64,000 nucleotides of DNA from an uncultured Cytophagia bacterium (GCA_964498785.1 CAZCJL010000020.1:4946-68945); one strand, 5' to 3'. Positions 28,376 through 39,690 are shown, counted from the stretch's first letter. Program-made: numbers and translations. The notes: a model not told the origin generated them from the sequence alone.

Positions 28376-29923
28376 TTAGAATAGCATTTTCGCCCATTCA
28401 AGCGCCCAGTTCATTAAGCGCGCGGGTAAAATTCCGAGAACTAAAATAAACAGAGTCGATAATCCGAGTGTTATCCAAACCGGAAACAAACTTTTTTTAT
28501 CAATGTCTGGGATTTTATTATCAGGTTCTTTCATATACATAACGATGATAATATTGATGTAAAAGTAAAGCGCTACCATGCTAAATAATAGCGCAACAAC
28601 TGCGGTTACATAGAATTCGCCATTAATTAATTGTAAGAAAATTTGGATTTTTCCCACGAATCCAACCGCTGGCGGTATTCCGCCAAGAGAGAACATAGCG
28701 ACAGACATCATTGCAGCGGCTCCGGGGTATTTTCTGGCGATGCCAGCGAGATCATCCACTGTTTCACAATAGTGCTCTCGATGTGTCAAAAAAACAAGCA
28801 CACCAAAAGCCAGCATATTCATCGCGATATAGCCAATACCGTAAAATAAAACCGCCTGAATTGCTTCAATATTATGCGCCATTGGCGCCAGAGCTAACGC
28901 CATGTATCCTGCATGAGCAATAGATGAATACGCTAACATCCGTTTAACATTTCGTTGTACAATGGCGACAGAATTTCCATAAATGATTGTTAATAGCGCA
29001 AAGAAAGCAAATATTTTTGAAAATAACGGATCAAATGCCGGCAATACAATCGATCCGGCAAAGATTTTTAAAATTACGGCAAAGGCAGCTAATTTGACGG
29101 CAACTGACATAAAAGAAGTAACAGGAGTTGCTGCGCCCTCATATACATCGGGCGTCCAGGCATGGAATGGTACCAGCGATACTTTAAATGCCAATCCCAC
29201 AAAAATAAAAATTAACCCCAGCCCCATTATCATTGATTCAGCAGATGAAGTTTGCGCTACTTGCGCTAATTGAGTGAGAACGTCATTAATAACTAAAGTG
29301 CCTGTCATTCCGTAAATGAATGAAATTCCTAACAGCAGGAATGCGGATGAAAAGCCTCCTAACAGCAGGTATTTTATTGCAGACTCTCCGACTTTTGAAT
29401 TATAGCGTTTCAGGCCGACTAGTGCGTAAATAGGAATGGACATCATTTCCAGGGACAGGAAAATCATTAAGAAATTTTCAGCCGCGATTAAAGTGAGAGC
29501 GCCGAGTAACGAAAAACAGAGTAGCAGGTAATAATCATTTGCCGGAATTGATTGTGATAACGTGTATCTGGCTGATAATAAAATTGTCAAAATTCCGGCT
29601 CCGAGAATAGCCAATTTTCCAATATATATCCCGCCACCTGCACGAAGCGAATCATTTAACAGAATTACATTTGCATCTGAAGTTGATTTTCCGAAATAGA
29701 GATAAATCGCGGCAACAATCAACAATCCTATCCCTGCAATCCATGTCGATTGTCTGTTACGAGATTCGATATCTGCTGTTATTTCTTGTGTACTACTTAG
29801 CATTGTAAAAATTGGTTTACGGAAAGCATCAACCAACGTAAGAATGACAATTAAGGCAACTAAACTTAATTCTCCGACTAAAAAAATTGGTTCAAATCCT
29901 ATTTGATTCATATCCAAATCCAA
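28376..29923 (-). CDS. nuoN: NADH-quinone oxidoreductase subunit N
   Basis: ESAIKYLLLG, AFKVSLVPFHAWTPDVYEGA, KRMLAYSSIAHAGY and SLGGIPP. True start may be ATG 29911. Confidence 0.95.
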   Translation of the reverse strand: MDLDMNQIGFEPIFLVGELSLVALIVILTLVDAFRKPIFTMLSSTQEITADIESRNRQSTWIAGIGLLIVAAIYLYFGKSTSDANVILLNDSLRAGGGIYIGKLAILGAGILTILLSARYTLSQSIPANDYYLLLCFSLLGALTLIAAENFLMIFLSLEMMSIPIYALVGLKRYNSKVGESAIKYLLLGGFSSAFLLLGISFIYGMTGTLVINDVLTQLAQVAQTSSAESMIMGLGLIFIFVGLAFKVSLVPFHAWTPDVYEGAATPVTSFMSVAVKLAAFAVILKIFAGSIVLPAFDPLFSKIFAFFALLTIIYGNSVAIVQRNVKRMLAYSSIAHAGYMALALAPMAHNIEAIQAVLFYGIGYIAMNMLAFGVLVFLTHREHYCETVDDLAGIARKYPGAAAMMSVAMFSLGGIPPAVGFVGKIQIFLQLINGEFYVTAVVALLFSMVALYFYINIIIVMYMKEPDNKIPDIDKKSLFPVWITLGLSTLFILVLGILPARLMNWALEWAKMLF

Positions 29924-29991
29924 GTGCTTTTATAACCGATTGATTGTTATTTAATGGTACGAGCGATGAATCAATTATCAATTCAAAATAC

Positions 29992-31614
29992 CTAATGCGG
30001 AACCGGATTTTCGTGATTCGCTTCGACTTCTTCCTTTTTTTGTTCTATTGGTGTTTCTTTAACAAGTTTTTGTTTCAGGATTTCCGGTTGATATTCGTTA
30101 ATATAATATTCCACAGATTTATGCATTTTATTCATATAGGGTTTCGGATAAATTCCGATCCAGAAAACTGCAATAATAAACGGAACTAAAACAATCATTT
30201 CACGATAGCTCAGGTCTTTAAGATTTTTATTTTTATCATTATTCAATGGTCCAAAAAAGACTCGCTGTACCATCCACAACATATAATAGGCGCTAAGGAT
30301 CACTCCGGATGAAGCGAAAACTAACAGCACGAGTCGGAAAATACTGTTTTCAAAAATAAAATAAGACCACGCTCCTTTAAAACTGCCTAATAAAATGAGA
30401 AATTCGCCTACAAAACCATTTGTGCCGGGTAATGCGACCGAAGAAAGCGTTATAATCATAAATGAAACCGAGAGCAGCGGTAAGCGATAAGCCAAGCCTC
30501 CAAAGTCTCCGATTTCCCTGGTGTGTCTTCTTTCGTAAATCATTCCCACAAGCAAAAAGAGGGCACCAGTGGAGACACCATGATTCACCATTTGTAGAAT
30601 TCCGCCTTCGATTGCTTCCGGTGTCATTGCGAAAACACCGAGCATAACATAACCCAAATGACTTATTGATGAATACGCGACAAGTTTTTTAAGATCGCTT
30701 TGGGCGAGCGCCAAAAAAGCGCCATAAACAATGCCAATAACAGCGAGTAGCTGCATTAACGGAGCTGCAATTTCTGCAGCTTCAGCGAATAAAGGAATAC
30801 CGAGTCTTACAAAACCATATCCGCCCATTTTCAATAATACACCAGCAAGAATAACCGAACCAGCGGTTGGCGCTTCCACGTGTGCATCCGGGAGCCAGGT
30901 ATGAAACGGAAACATGGGCACTTTAATTGCAAATGCAAGTGCGAACGCAGCAAAGAGCCAAAGCTGAGCTTGTACGGGAATATCTAATTGAAATAATTTT
31001 TCAAATTCAAAGGTGAAGCTTCCAAATTGCTGTTTCGCTATTATCGCAAGGTAAATGATTCCTGCTAACATCATCAGGGAACCAATTACCGTAAACAGTA
31101 CAAATTTAACCGTGGCATAAATACGCCTGGGACCTCCCCAAATTCCGATCAGGAAAAACATCGGGATTAACATTAATTCCCAGAAGATGTAAAAGATAAA
31201 TAGGTTTAGCGCAACAAAAGCACCCAGCATGGTGGATTCCAAAAATAACAGCCAGATGTAATATTCTTTCTTTCTTTTTTGAATATATTTAAAAGAACTC
31301 AACACCGTGAACGGCATCATAATGGTTGTAAGCATAAACAGTAAAATAGAGATTCCATCGATTCCAACGTGATAATTGAGATCAAATTGCGGAACCCAGG
31401 GCACTTTTTCAACAAATTGAAACTGTGATGTTGAATTTTCAAAACCGAGCAACATGTAGACAGACACCAACATGGCGACACTTGTAATGATTAATGATAG
31501 CCAGCCATAAATAGATGCCGAGCTTTTTTCTTTCAAAGAGTCCCGATCCGGAATAAACATCAACAATATTGCGCCAAGTGCCGGGATTAAGATTGTCCAG
31601 GAAATTATGCCCAT
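29992..31614 (-). CDS. nuoM: NADH-quinone oxidoreductase subunit M
   Basis: FYIFWELMLIPM, AFAIKVPMFPFHTWLPDAHVEAPT and LLKMGGYG. Confidence 0.96.
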   Translation of the reverse strand: MGIISWTILIPALGAILLMFIPDRDSLKEKSSASIYGWLSLIITSVAMLVSVYMLLGFENSTSQFQFVEKVPWVPQFDLNYHVGIDGISILLFMLTTIMMPFTVLSSFKYIQKRKKEYYIWLLFLESTMLGAFVALNLFIFYIFWELMLIPMFFLIGIWGGPRRIYATVKFVLFTVIGSLMMLAGIIYLAIIAKQQFGSFTFEFEKLFQLDIPVQAQLWLFAAFALAFAIKVPMFPFHTWLPDAHVEAPTAGSVILAGVLLKMGGYGFVRLGIPLFAEAAEIAAPLMQLLAVIGIVYGAFLALAQSDLKKLVAYSSISHLGYVMLGVFAMTPEAIEGGILQMVNHGVSTGALFLLVGMIYERRHTREIGDFGGLAYRLPLLSVSFMIITLSSVALPGTNGFVGEFLILLGSFKGAWSYFIFENSIFRLVLLVFASSGVILSAYYMLWMVQRVFFGPLNNDKNKNLKDLSYREMIVLVPFIIAVFWIGIYPKPYMNKMHKSVEYYINEYQPEILKQKLVKETPIEQKKEEVEANHENPVPH

Positions 31615-31664
31615 GAATTAACTCCAAGTAAATTTATCTTTTCGAATAAAATCGAAAGTTCATA

Positions 31665-33614
31665 TTAGTAAATATAAAAAGCAAAAATAACGGCTATTGC
31701 GGCCCCAAAAATAATGTAGAGACCATACGCCTGAATATTTCCGGTTTGCAAAAATGAGAACAGTGTGGAAACTTGTCGCCACCCTTTTGCCGATCCATTA
31801 GCAGCGCCATCAATTATTTTTTTGTCGGAAATATTTAAAAATATTTTAGTCGCGAGAAATTTTATCGGGTTGATAACAACTTTGTCATATATTTCATCAA
31901 CAAAATATTTATTCCATAATAGCCTGGGAATGCCGGTGTACTTTTCTGGTTCAGGCAGTTCTTTTTTCACTTCACGATACAACCGGGAAGCAATGAACCA
32001 ACCGATGACGGCAATGACAACCGAAAAAAGCATCAACAAATATTCAACAGAGTGGCTGTAATGATGGAGCTCCACATGTCCGTATTTAGTAACTACTGGC
32101 TCGAGATAATGATGGAAAAAATTGGGAATTAACCCGCCGGAGAGAAGTTTTGGAATTCCGATCCATCCACCGATAAGAGAAAGAACGCCAAGAATTACCA
32201 GTGGAAGTGTCATTGTCGATGGCGATTCGTGTAAATGATGCGCCTGCTCTTTTGTGCCCCTGAATTTTCCGAAAAAAGTGAGATATACTAATCTAAACAT
32301 ATAAAATGCAGTGAAGAGCGCCGCAATTGCGCCAATTGCCCAGACAATTTTGCTACCATGGCCGGAAGCAAATACATTCCACAAAATTTCATCTTTTGAG
32401 AAAAACCCTGCAAACGGAGGAATGCCGGCAATCGCTAATGTCGCCAGAAGAAAGGTGAGATAGGTTGTGGGCATAAATTTCTTCAATCCGCCCATAAACC
32501 GAATATCCTGTTCGCCGCCCATTGCATGAATGACACTACCGGAGCCAAGAAATAAACAGGCTTTAAAGAAAGCGTGTGTCATCAAATGAAATATGGCGAT
32601 TACGAATGCACCTGCACCTGCGGCCATAAACATAAATCCAAGTTGGCTAACGGTTGAATACGCCAGCACCTTTTTTATATCGTTCTGATAAACAGCGATT
32701 GTTGCTGAAAAGAGTGCGGTAAGTGCTCCGACCCATAACACAACCTGCATTGCAACAGGTGCTGCAATGTAAAGCCCGTGAAAACGACACACCATATAAA
32801 CACCGGCAGTTACCATTGTGGCAGCGTGAATAAGTGCAGAAACCGGTGTCGGGCCAGCCATCGCATCGGGAAGCCATACGTAAAGCGGAATTTGCGCTGA
32901 TTTTCCCGTCGCACCAATGAACAAACAGATTGCAGCGACATTTGTCCAGAAAAATGTCATTGAATTTTGATGATGAAAAAATTCGTTCACTTCAGAAATG
33001 GTCAGCGAGCCAACATTTGCAAAAATAAGGAACATTCCAAGTAAAAAGCCAAAATCACCAATTCGGTTGACAATAAATGCTTTTTTTCCTGCAATTGCTT
33101 TTTCTTCTTCTTTATACCAAAAACCAATTAACAGATAGCTACACAGACCGACGCCTTCCCAACCAACAAACATTACCGGCATGGAATCGCCAAGAATCAG
33201 AAGTAGCATTGCAAAGACGAATAAGTTAAGGTATGAAAAATATCGAACGCTGGATTCATCTTTGTGAATATACCCAATAGAATAGAAATGTATAACTGAA
33301 CTCACTCCCGTCACGACGAGTAGCATAACTGCGGAAAGATGATCAATCATAAAAGTCAATTTCAGTTGAAGTCCTCCCACATTCATCCATTCATACGGTG
33401 TAAATGCAAGAAAATCAACACCAGTCATTTTAATAAAAACGGCATAAAGCGATAGGATAAAAGAAGTTGCGACAGTGCTAAAAGCCAAAATGCCAGCTAA
33501 TTTCTCTCCCCATATCTCTTTTTTGCGGTAGGCATTGGTAGCAGCTACCACTCCGTTTAAGAAGGCTCCGATTAACGGTAATATTATGATAATTAATATA
33601 AGGCTGCTCTGCAT
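31665..33614 (-). CDS. nuoL: NADH-quinone oxidoreductase subunit L
   Basis: GWEGVGLCSYLLIGFW, GKSAQIPLYVWLPDAMAGPTPVSALIHAATMV and HAFFKACLFL. Confidence 0.96.
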   Translation of the reverse strand: MQSSLILIIIILPLIGAFLNGVVAATNAYRKKEIWGEKLAGILAFSTVATSFILSLYAVFIKMTGVDFLAFTPYEWMNVGGLQLKLTFMIDHLSAVMLLVVTGVSSVIHFYSIGYIHKDESSVRYFSYLNLFVFAMLLLILGDSMPVMFVGWEGVGLCSYLLIGFWYKEEEKAIAGKKAFIVNRIGDFGFLLGMFLIFANVGSLTISEVNEFFHHQNSMTFFWTNVAAICLFIGATGKSAQIPLYVWLPDAMAGPTPVSALIHAATMVTAGVYMVCRFHGLYIAAPVAMQVVLWVGALTALFSATIAVYQNDIKKVLAYSTVSQLGFMFMAAGAGAFVIAIFHLMTHAFFKACLFLGSGSVIHAMGGEQDIRFMGGLKKFMPTTYLTFLLATLAIAGIPPFAGFFSKDEILWNVFASGHGSKIVWAIGAIAALFTAFYMFRLVYLTFFGKFRGTKEQAHHLHESPSTMTLPLVILGVLSLIGGWIGIPKLLSGGLIPNFFHHYLEPVVTKYGHVELHHYSHSVEYLLMLFSVVIAVIGWFIASRLYREVKKELPEPEKYTGIPRLLWNKYFVDEIYDKVVINPIKFLATKIFLNISDKKIIDGAANGSAKGWRQVSTLFSFLQTGNIQAYGLYIIFGAAIAVIFAFYIY

Positions 33615-33620
33615 ATAAAA

Positions 33621-33953
33621 TTAGCCCCTTTCTGATGTATATGTTTCAACGCTAATTGTGCCGGTTCGTTTAAACAAGTGGACGATAATAGCAATGCCGA
33701 CAGCAACTTCACATGCTGCAACGACAAATATCATTAGAGTTAGTATTTGGCCATCATGATTTAGGTGGAGGCGCGAGAAATAAATGAAGCTTAAATTAAC
33801 GGCATTCAGCATTAATTCTACTCCCATTAGCATGTGAAGAAGTGTTCTCCTGAAAAGAACGGTCATCCCGCCTAATGCAAATAAGAGTAATACGACGGCA
33901 ATTGAGTATATTCCACCGCTTCCGATTATGAAGTCAGTAAAAGGGTTATTCAT
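33621..33953 (-). CDS. nuoK: NADH-quinone oxidoreductase subunit K
   Basis: VELMLNAVNL and VAACEVAVG; operon position. Confidence 0.94.
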   Translation of the reverse strand: MNNPFTDFIIGSGGIYSIAVVLLLFALGGMTVLFRRTLLHMLMGVELMLNAVNLSFIYFSRLHLNHDGQILTLMIFVVAACEVAVGIAIIVHLFKRTGTISVETYTSERG

Positions 33954-34498
33954 TATTTTTTACCTTTCCAATCCAGTTGAACTATGGCAATAACTGCCAC
34001 GATAGCAGCGAATAAAAGAGTAGAAACGAATTCAAATGCAAATAAATATTTCGTTAATAATTCTTTGGAAAATATCTTGATACCACCATATATGTTTGGG
34101 ATGTCAGCACTTGAAAAATCTGAATTTAATATGGAAATAAAAGCTCCGTCCGATTTAATGATTGCAGAAAGTTTGAATATAAAAAAGATGATTACCAAAA
34201 ATAATATTGGAGCGCCAAGCCAGAAAAATTTAGAAAATGGTTTTGCATAATCCTCACTTTTAATATCCAGTAACATGATAAAATACACAATTAACACCAT
34301 AACTGCTCCGGCATAAATGATCACCTGAAACACAGCGATACTATGCGCATGAAGTTGAGCGTACATCGCAGCTAAAGCAAGCATCGTGGTTAAAAGACCC
34401 ATCGCACCACGAATCGGATGTTTTGCTATTAACAGTATTATTGCTCCGGCAATGGATACTATCCCGAAAAATATATACATGAGAATGTTAAAATCCAT
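33953..34498 (-). CDS. nuoJ: NADH-quinone oxidoreductase subunit J
   Basis: QVIIYAGAVMVL and YLFAFEFVS. Start refined to ATG 34498 (AAGGA RBS). Confidence 0.93.
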   Translation of the reverse strand: MDFNILMYIFFGIVSIAGAIILLIAKHPIRGAMGLLTTMLALAAMYAQLHAHSIAVFQVIIYAGAVMVLIVYFIMLLDIKSEDYAKPFSKFFWLGAPILFLVIIFFIFKLSAIIKSDGAFISILNSDFSSADIPNIYGGIKIFSKELLTKYLFAFEFVSTLLFAAIVAVIAIVQLDWKGKK

Positions 34499-34534
34499 TT
34501 CATTTCCTTTGTTTATCAAAAATGCTGATAATAA

Positions 34535-35095
34535 TTATTGTGGATTATAGCCGTGAATCACTTCGTCATTAACAATTTTATTCCAGTTTAACAGTGTTTC
34601 TTTGTTATATATCATTTTAACGCGATTGTAATCTACAAGGTCATTCGTGACCGGCAGCATTCGAATTGCATCCACAGGGCACGCTTCCACGCAAAATCCG
34701 CAGAATATACATCGGCTCACATCAATCTCAAAAACGTCCGGCATTTTTTGAATATTCGGATCGTGAGATTCTTTTGCAACAATTGTAATACAAGAAGCCG
34801 GACAATTTGTTGCGCACATTTTACAGGCAACACATCGAGGAGAACCATCTGTTCGCTGCACCAGCACATGTCTGCCGCGATTATTTTCAGAATAGTCATC
34901 TCTCATTTCTTCCGGATATAGAATGACAACTCCTCCCTTTCGGAACGTCAACCATTTCCACATATTGCGGAAAAAATGTTTTGATGTGATCAGAATTCCT
35001 CTTCCAACTTCTTTCACATAAATTCGATCCAGGAACGACATTTTATTTTTATCATAATATTTCATATCCGGTAAGCCGGGAATTTGATAACTCAT
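34535..35095 (-). CDS. nuoI: NADH-quinone oxidoreductase subunit I
   Basis: YPEE, RGRH and two 4Fe-4S motifs CVACKMCATNCP and CIFCGFCVEACP. Confidence 0.95.
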   Translation of the reverse strand: MSYQIPGLPDMKYYDKNKMSFLDRIYVKEVGRGILITSKHFFRNMWKWLTFRKGGVVILYPEEMRDDYSENNRGRHVLVQRTDGSPRCVACKMCATNCPASCITIVAKESHDPNIQKMPDVFEIDVSRCIFCGFCVEACPVDAIRMLPVTNDLVDYNRVKMIYNKETLLNWNKIVNDEVIHGYNPQ

Positions 35096-35096
35096 A

Positions 35097-36293
35097 TTAA
35101 AAGCCTCCTAAAGCCACGATAATGATAGAAACAACAAGATTGAGTATTGCAAGAGGAAGTAAATATTTCCATCCTAATTTCATCAACTGGTCATAACGAA
35201 ATCTTGGCAAACTCCAGCGCATCTGTTGCAGCCCCCAACAAAAGAAAAAGACTTTAAATGTGAAGGAAAAAACCTGTAAAAGTACTACACTCGCATGAGA
35301 AAGTGCAAGTGAACTTCCCCAGGGAAAAACAAATCCATCTGCTGTGAGCCATGGGACTGAGTATCCTCCAAAAAACAGGGTGGTTATCATAACAGCAACG
35401 AACGTAATTTCGATGAATTCTGCAAACATAAATAGCAACATTTTAAAACCGGAATATTCAGTAAAATATCCGGAGATAATTTCAGATTCTGCTTCTGGTA
35501 AATCAAAGGGAATCCGTTTGTTTTCGGCAACAGCGGATGCAAGAAATAAGAAAAAAGCCACAGGTTGCAAAAAAATACCCCACTTGGGCAGCCATCCCCA
35601 TGCAAGCTGTTCCTGAGCCTGAACCAGATTCCACAAGTCCACTTGTTCATAAATAAAAATAATTCCCACCAACGCAAGTCCCATGCTCACTTCATAAGAA
35701 ATCATTTGTGCAGCCGATCTCATTGCGCCCATCATCGAAAATTTATTATTAGAAGACCAGCCAGCTAATATTGCTCCGAATACTCCGATACTTCCAATTG
35801 CAAAAACAAAAAGCAAACCAACGTTCAAATTTACAACTTGAATCCGGAAGGAAAAATCCGGTAACTGAGTTGTAAAATATTCAGGCAGCCATGGAATCCA
35901 TTTCAAGTACCATGCTTGAAAAAATTCAGCCGGTTTCATGATGCCGCCGAAGGGTACAACAATAACTGACAGGACTGCGGGTATAAATGCAAAAAAGATA
36001 GCGACATTATACATTAACATGTCATACGCTCGGGGCTTAAAATCTTCCTTAATTAAACACTTGATTGCGTCTGCCAGGTTATTGATAAACCCCCATAACG
36101 CAAGTTTTTTATTCCCTGGCAGCGGGATGCTTGCCCGGTTTGCTCCGATTCTATCCTGCAGTTGTGCAGATTGTTTTCGTTCGGACCAACTCATTACGGC
36201 TCCCATCATAAACATAAACAGGAACACTATAGTCGCCATAAAAAGACTGGAAAAAAGATGAGTAATATTTATTCCCAAAATTGTAGATTCCAT
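35097..36293 (-). CDS. nuoH: NADH-quinone oxidoreductase subunit H
   Basis: ERK...QDRIGANR, GWSSNNKF, RSAAQMISYE, RIPFDLPEAESE and PRFRYDQLM. Confidence 0.95.
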   Translation of the reverse strand: MESTILGINITHLFSSLFMATIVFLFMFMMGAVMSWSERKQSAQLQDRIGANRASIPLPGNKKLALWGFINNLADAIKCLIKEDFKPRAYDMLMYNVAIFFAFIPAVLSVIVVPFGGIMKPAEFFQAWYLKWIPWLPEYFTTQLPDFSFRIQVVNLNVGLLFVFAIGSIGVFGAILAGWSSNNKFSMMGAMRSAAQMISYEVSMGLALVGIIFIYEQVDLWNLVQAQEQLAWGWLPKWGIFLQPVAFFLFLASAVAENKRIPFDLPEAESEIISGYFTEYSGFKMLLFMFAEFIEITFVAVMITTLFFGGYSVPWLTADGFVFPWGSSLALSHASVVLLQVFSFTFKVFFFCWGLQQMRWSLPRFRYDQLMKLGWKYLLPLAILNLVVSIIIVALGGF

Positions 36294-36339
36294 TCAACAT
36301 GCCTCTCATGTATTTCTTTTATCGCTGAATTTCTTGATT

Positions 36340-37791
36340 TTAAAATTTTGATCGGACTTCGTGTACAGTTTTTCCCAGGGGTTCGATGTCCAGTTCCTTT
36401 AATAAGTCTACAAAGAAAAGCAGATCATCATAATTCCCGATTCCGTTCACTGCTTTTCTGAACGGCTGAACGACCCCGTCACAATTCGTAAAGGAGCCAT
36501 GTTTTTCTGCAGGGCTACGTCCTGCCAGTAACCATTTTGCTTTGTCCGAAATTTGTTCTCTAACAGTGGAAAGTACAATCAATTCCAAACCATCCAATTT
36601 TTCAAACGGAGCATTCGTTCCCCACACAAATGCGTATTTGAATTCACTGATAATCATTTCTGTAATATTTTTTGCCTGTGGGAATATCGCTTTTATTCCG
36701 GATAAATTAGGCGTTTTGTCCGCATTAATAAGCAAATCATCTTTTTGAATTTCTGTTGATGATTTTTGCCAGAATCGATCTGCCTTATAGAATACGCTTT
36801 TTATTTTTAATTGATCGATTAATTGATTAACCAGGGCAAGCTCTTCATTGGTGGCATGTGATGAGAGCACAAAAGCAAATTCATCCGCGTTTTTCTTGAG
36901 AAGCTTGGCCAAATCCTTTACAAATGTTTTATATTCCACGGCCGAATGATTTTGATGAACACCAGATGTTCGATTTTCGGGTGCATCGAGATAATAATCT
37001 CGCCCAAAATCACACATCCACGTTTTATTGATGTCTTCATTTTCTCGGGGTATTACACGGTAAATTTCATTATCGTTTGATTCAATATAAATATTACAAC
37101 CGCGTGAACATCCGGCACAGACAGATTCTGTCGAATGTAAATTCCATACACGTTCTTTAAATCGGAATCTTCGATCGGTAAGCGCGCCTACCGGACAAAT
37201 GTCAGTTACACACAGGCTGTATGGATCATCAAAAGTATCGTTAGAGGCTAATGAGACAAAAGAATTATCGCCCCGCGCAAGGATTCCTAATTTTTGTGTT
37301 TTTGATATTTCTCTGGTAAATCGGACACAACGAGAACAGGTGACACACCTCTCTGCATCGTAGATAATGCGCTCGCTAAAGATTACCAATTTTTCTTTGG
37401 CAACTTTGGTTTCATTGAAGCGAGATTTATCACCAGAGAACATCATATATTGATCTTGAAGCATGCATTCGCCGGCTTTATCACAAATCGGGCAATCCAG
37501 GGGATGGTTAATCAGCATAAATTCGAGAATTGCTTTCCTCATTTCGGCAATTTCAGGAGTGTTCGTGTAAATGATCATGCCATTGGCAACCGATGTCATA
37601 CAGGCAGGTTGTGGCTTCGGATTTTTTTCAATTTTGACCAGACACATCCGACAATTACCACTTTCAGTAAGGTGTTTATGATAACAGAAACGAGGAATAT
37701 AGATACCATTTTGTTCGCACGCATCAATAATCAGTGTTCCCTGCGGAACAGTCAGTTCTTTACCATCGACAGTAATCGTAACTTCTTTCAT
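36340..37791 (-). CDS. nuoG: NADH-quinone oxidoreductase subunit G (short form)
   Basis: PRFCYH...GNCRMC, NHPLDCPICDKAGEC, RCVTCSRC..CPVG and CAGCSRGC clusters. Compressed C-terminal region, 483 aa. Confidence 0.9.
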   Translation of the reverse strand: MKEVTITVDGKELTVPQGTLIIDACEQNGIYIPRFCYHKHLTESGNCRMCLVKIEKNPKPQPACMTSVANGMIIYTNTPEIAEMRKAILEFMLINHPLDCPICDKAGECMLQDQYMMFSGDKSRFNETKVAKEKLVIFSERIIYDAERCVTCSRCVRFTREISKTQKLGILARGDNSFVSLASNDTFDDPYSLCVTDICPVGALTDRRFRFKERVWNLHSTESVCAGCSRGCNIYIESNDNEIYRVIPRENEDINKTWMCDFGRDYYLDAPENRTSGVHQNHSAVEYKTFVKDLAKLLKKNADEFAFVLSSHATNEELALVNQLIDQLKIKSVFYKADRFWQKSSTEIQKDDLLINADKTPNLSGIKAIFPQAKNITEMIISEFKYAFVWGTNAPFEKLDGLELIVLSTVREQISDKAKWLLAGRSPAEKHGSFTNCDGVVQPFRKAVNGIGNYDDLLFFVDLLKELDIEPLGKTVHEVRSKF

Positions 37792-37796
37792 AAAAA

Positions 37797-39098
37797 TTAT
37801 ATCCTCTCTTGCAAGCGGGTGAATTTACCATTGTATGGACAACCGCCTTTTTCAATATGCTCTATAAATTCTTCTCTAAATTTTTTAATAAAACTGTCAA
37901 CAGGCCCGCAAGCTGCGTCACCTAACGGACAAATTGTATGAAAAGCGATATATTTGGTAATGCTGGTTAATGTATCCAAATCTTCTAATTTGCCGTTGCC
38001 TTCTTCAATCCGTTTGATAATTTTTAGCAGCCACCCTGTCCCTTCGCGGCATGGTGTACATTGTCCGCATGATTCATGATGATAAAAATGGGCTAATACT
38101 TCAAGTGTTTTTACCATGCATGTTCCTTCGGCGATCACAATAACTGCGCCGGAGCCAAGACTTGAGCCAGCAGCGGTAATCGATTCATAATCGATGGTCA
38201 TATTTTCACAATCTTCAGGGCGTAATACTGGCGTTGAAGAACCTCCGGGGATGACAGCTTTTAATTTTTTACCACCTAATATTCCACCGCATTGATTATT
38301 AAAAAAATCCATAAAGGAATCACCCATGACCACTTCATAAACACCAGGCTTTCGAACATGTCCGCTAACAGATAGTAGTTTTGTCCCAGTTGATTTTTCA
38401 GTTCCGATTTTAGCATATTTCTCTCCCCCATTTTCAACGATATAGGGAATCGATGCCAGGGTTTCGACATTATTAATAATCGTCGGGCATCTGTACAAGC
38501 CTTCCACAGCAGGAAACGGTGGTTTATTGCGAGTTTGACCCTTTTTGCCCTCAATAGAATTCATCAGGCCTGTTTCGTCTCCTACAACATAAGCACCAGC
38601 GCCTTTATGTACGGTTATATCACATTGATAATTCGTGCCAGGCAATATTTTCCCGAGGTATCCGGCTTTATAGGCTTCGTTAACAGCTTGCTGTGTTTGG
38701 CGCAATGCGTAGCCATATTCGCCGCGAATATAGATGTATGCATGTTTTGCTTTAATTGCGTAACTGCTTAAAATAATCCCTTCAATTAACATGTGAGGAT
38801 TTTCTTCCAGGATGACACGGTCTTTGAAAGTTCCGGGTTCGCCTTCATCGCCATTGCAAATTAAATACACTGGTTTGTCCGTATCTTTCGGTAAAAATGA
38901 CCATTTCAATCCTGCCGGAAAACCTGCGCCTCCGCGACCGCGAATACCGCTCTTTTTAACTTCGTCGATGACTTCTTGAGTACTGTATTTTTTGAGAGCT
39001 GTTTTTATTGTCTTGTAACCACCGCGGTTTTTATAGCTTTCTAAAGTGTGACTTTTGCCATTTTTTTCGAAATTGAGTAGAATTTTAATATCTGACAT
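37797..39098 (-). CDS. nuoF: NADH-quinone oxidoreductase subunit F
   Basis: GIRGRGGAGFPAGLKW, NGDEGEPGTFKDR and HESCGQCTPCREG. Confidence 0.96.
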   Translation of the reverse strand: MSDIKILLNFEKNGKSHTLESYKNRGGYKTIKTALKKYSTQEVIDEVKKSGIRGRGGAGFPAGLKWSFLPKDTDKPVYLICNGDEGEPGTFKDRVILEENPHMLIEGIILSSYAIKAKHAYIYIRGEYGYALRQTQQAVNEAYKAGYLGKILPGTNYQCDITVHKGAGAYVVGDETGLMNSIEGKKGQTRNKPPFPAVEGLYRCPTIINNVETLASIPYIVENGGEKYAKIGTEKSTGTKLLSVSGHVRKPGVYEVVMGDSFMDFFNNQCGGILGGKKLKAVIPGGSSTPVLRPEDCENMTIDYESITAAGSSLGSGAVIVIAEGTCMVKTLEVLAHFYHHESCGQCTPCREGTGWLLKIIKRIEEGNGKLEDLDTLTSITKYIAFHTICPLGDAACGPVDSFIKKFREEFIEHIEKGGCPYNGKFTRLQERI

Positions 39099-39138
39099 AT
39101 CGATCTCGATTTTTTGAGCTATTAATGTAATTAAGTGC

Positions 39139-39654
39139 CTATTTGTACTCAGGAAATTGTTGTGGTTGCTGGGAGTGTTCTTGGCCGTTCCTCAAGTTAT
39201 CCAGTATGTTATCGACCTTTTTTTCATCCAGTAATTCATAATAATTATCGCCAACTTGCATCATTGGCCCTGTACCGCAAGATCCCAGACATTCAGCAGT
39301 TTTTACTGTGAACCTTCCATCAGCAGTTGTTTCGCCGACTTTAATCTTTAGTTTATCACACATATAATCAATAAGTTGTTGACTACCTAATATTGAACAA
39401 GATATATTATTGCAAATTTCCAGGACATACGTTCCTTCTTTTTGTTGGGTGAACATGGAATACCATGAACGAACTTCTTCCACCCAAATTCTTGGAATAT
39501 CCAGTTCTTCTGCGATGAGTTGACAGGCGTCATCGGATACGTATCCATCTCTTTTTTGAATCATCCATAAGCATGGCAGAGTTAATGACCTGGCATCAGG
39601 ATATCTGGTCCTAAGATGTTCTATTTCTTTCTTTTCAGTTTCGGTAAATTCCAT
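39139..39654 (-). CDS. nuoE: NADH-quinone oxidoreductase subunit E
   Basis: ICNNISC and ECLGSC 2Fe-2S motif. Confidence 0.95.
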   Translation of the reverse strand: MEFTETEKKEIEHLRTRYPDARSLTLPCLWMIQKRDGYVSDDACQLIAEELDIPRIWVEEVRSWYSMFTQQKEGTYVLEICNNISCSILGSQQLIDYMCDKLKIKVGETTADGRFTVKTAECLGSCGTGPMMQVGDNYYELLDEKKVDNILDNLRNGQEHSQQPQQFPEYK

Positions 39655-39690
39655 ATAAAACCTTTTGTAAGATTTAATAAGGGTTAAATT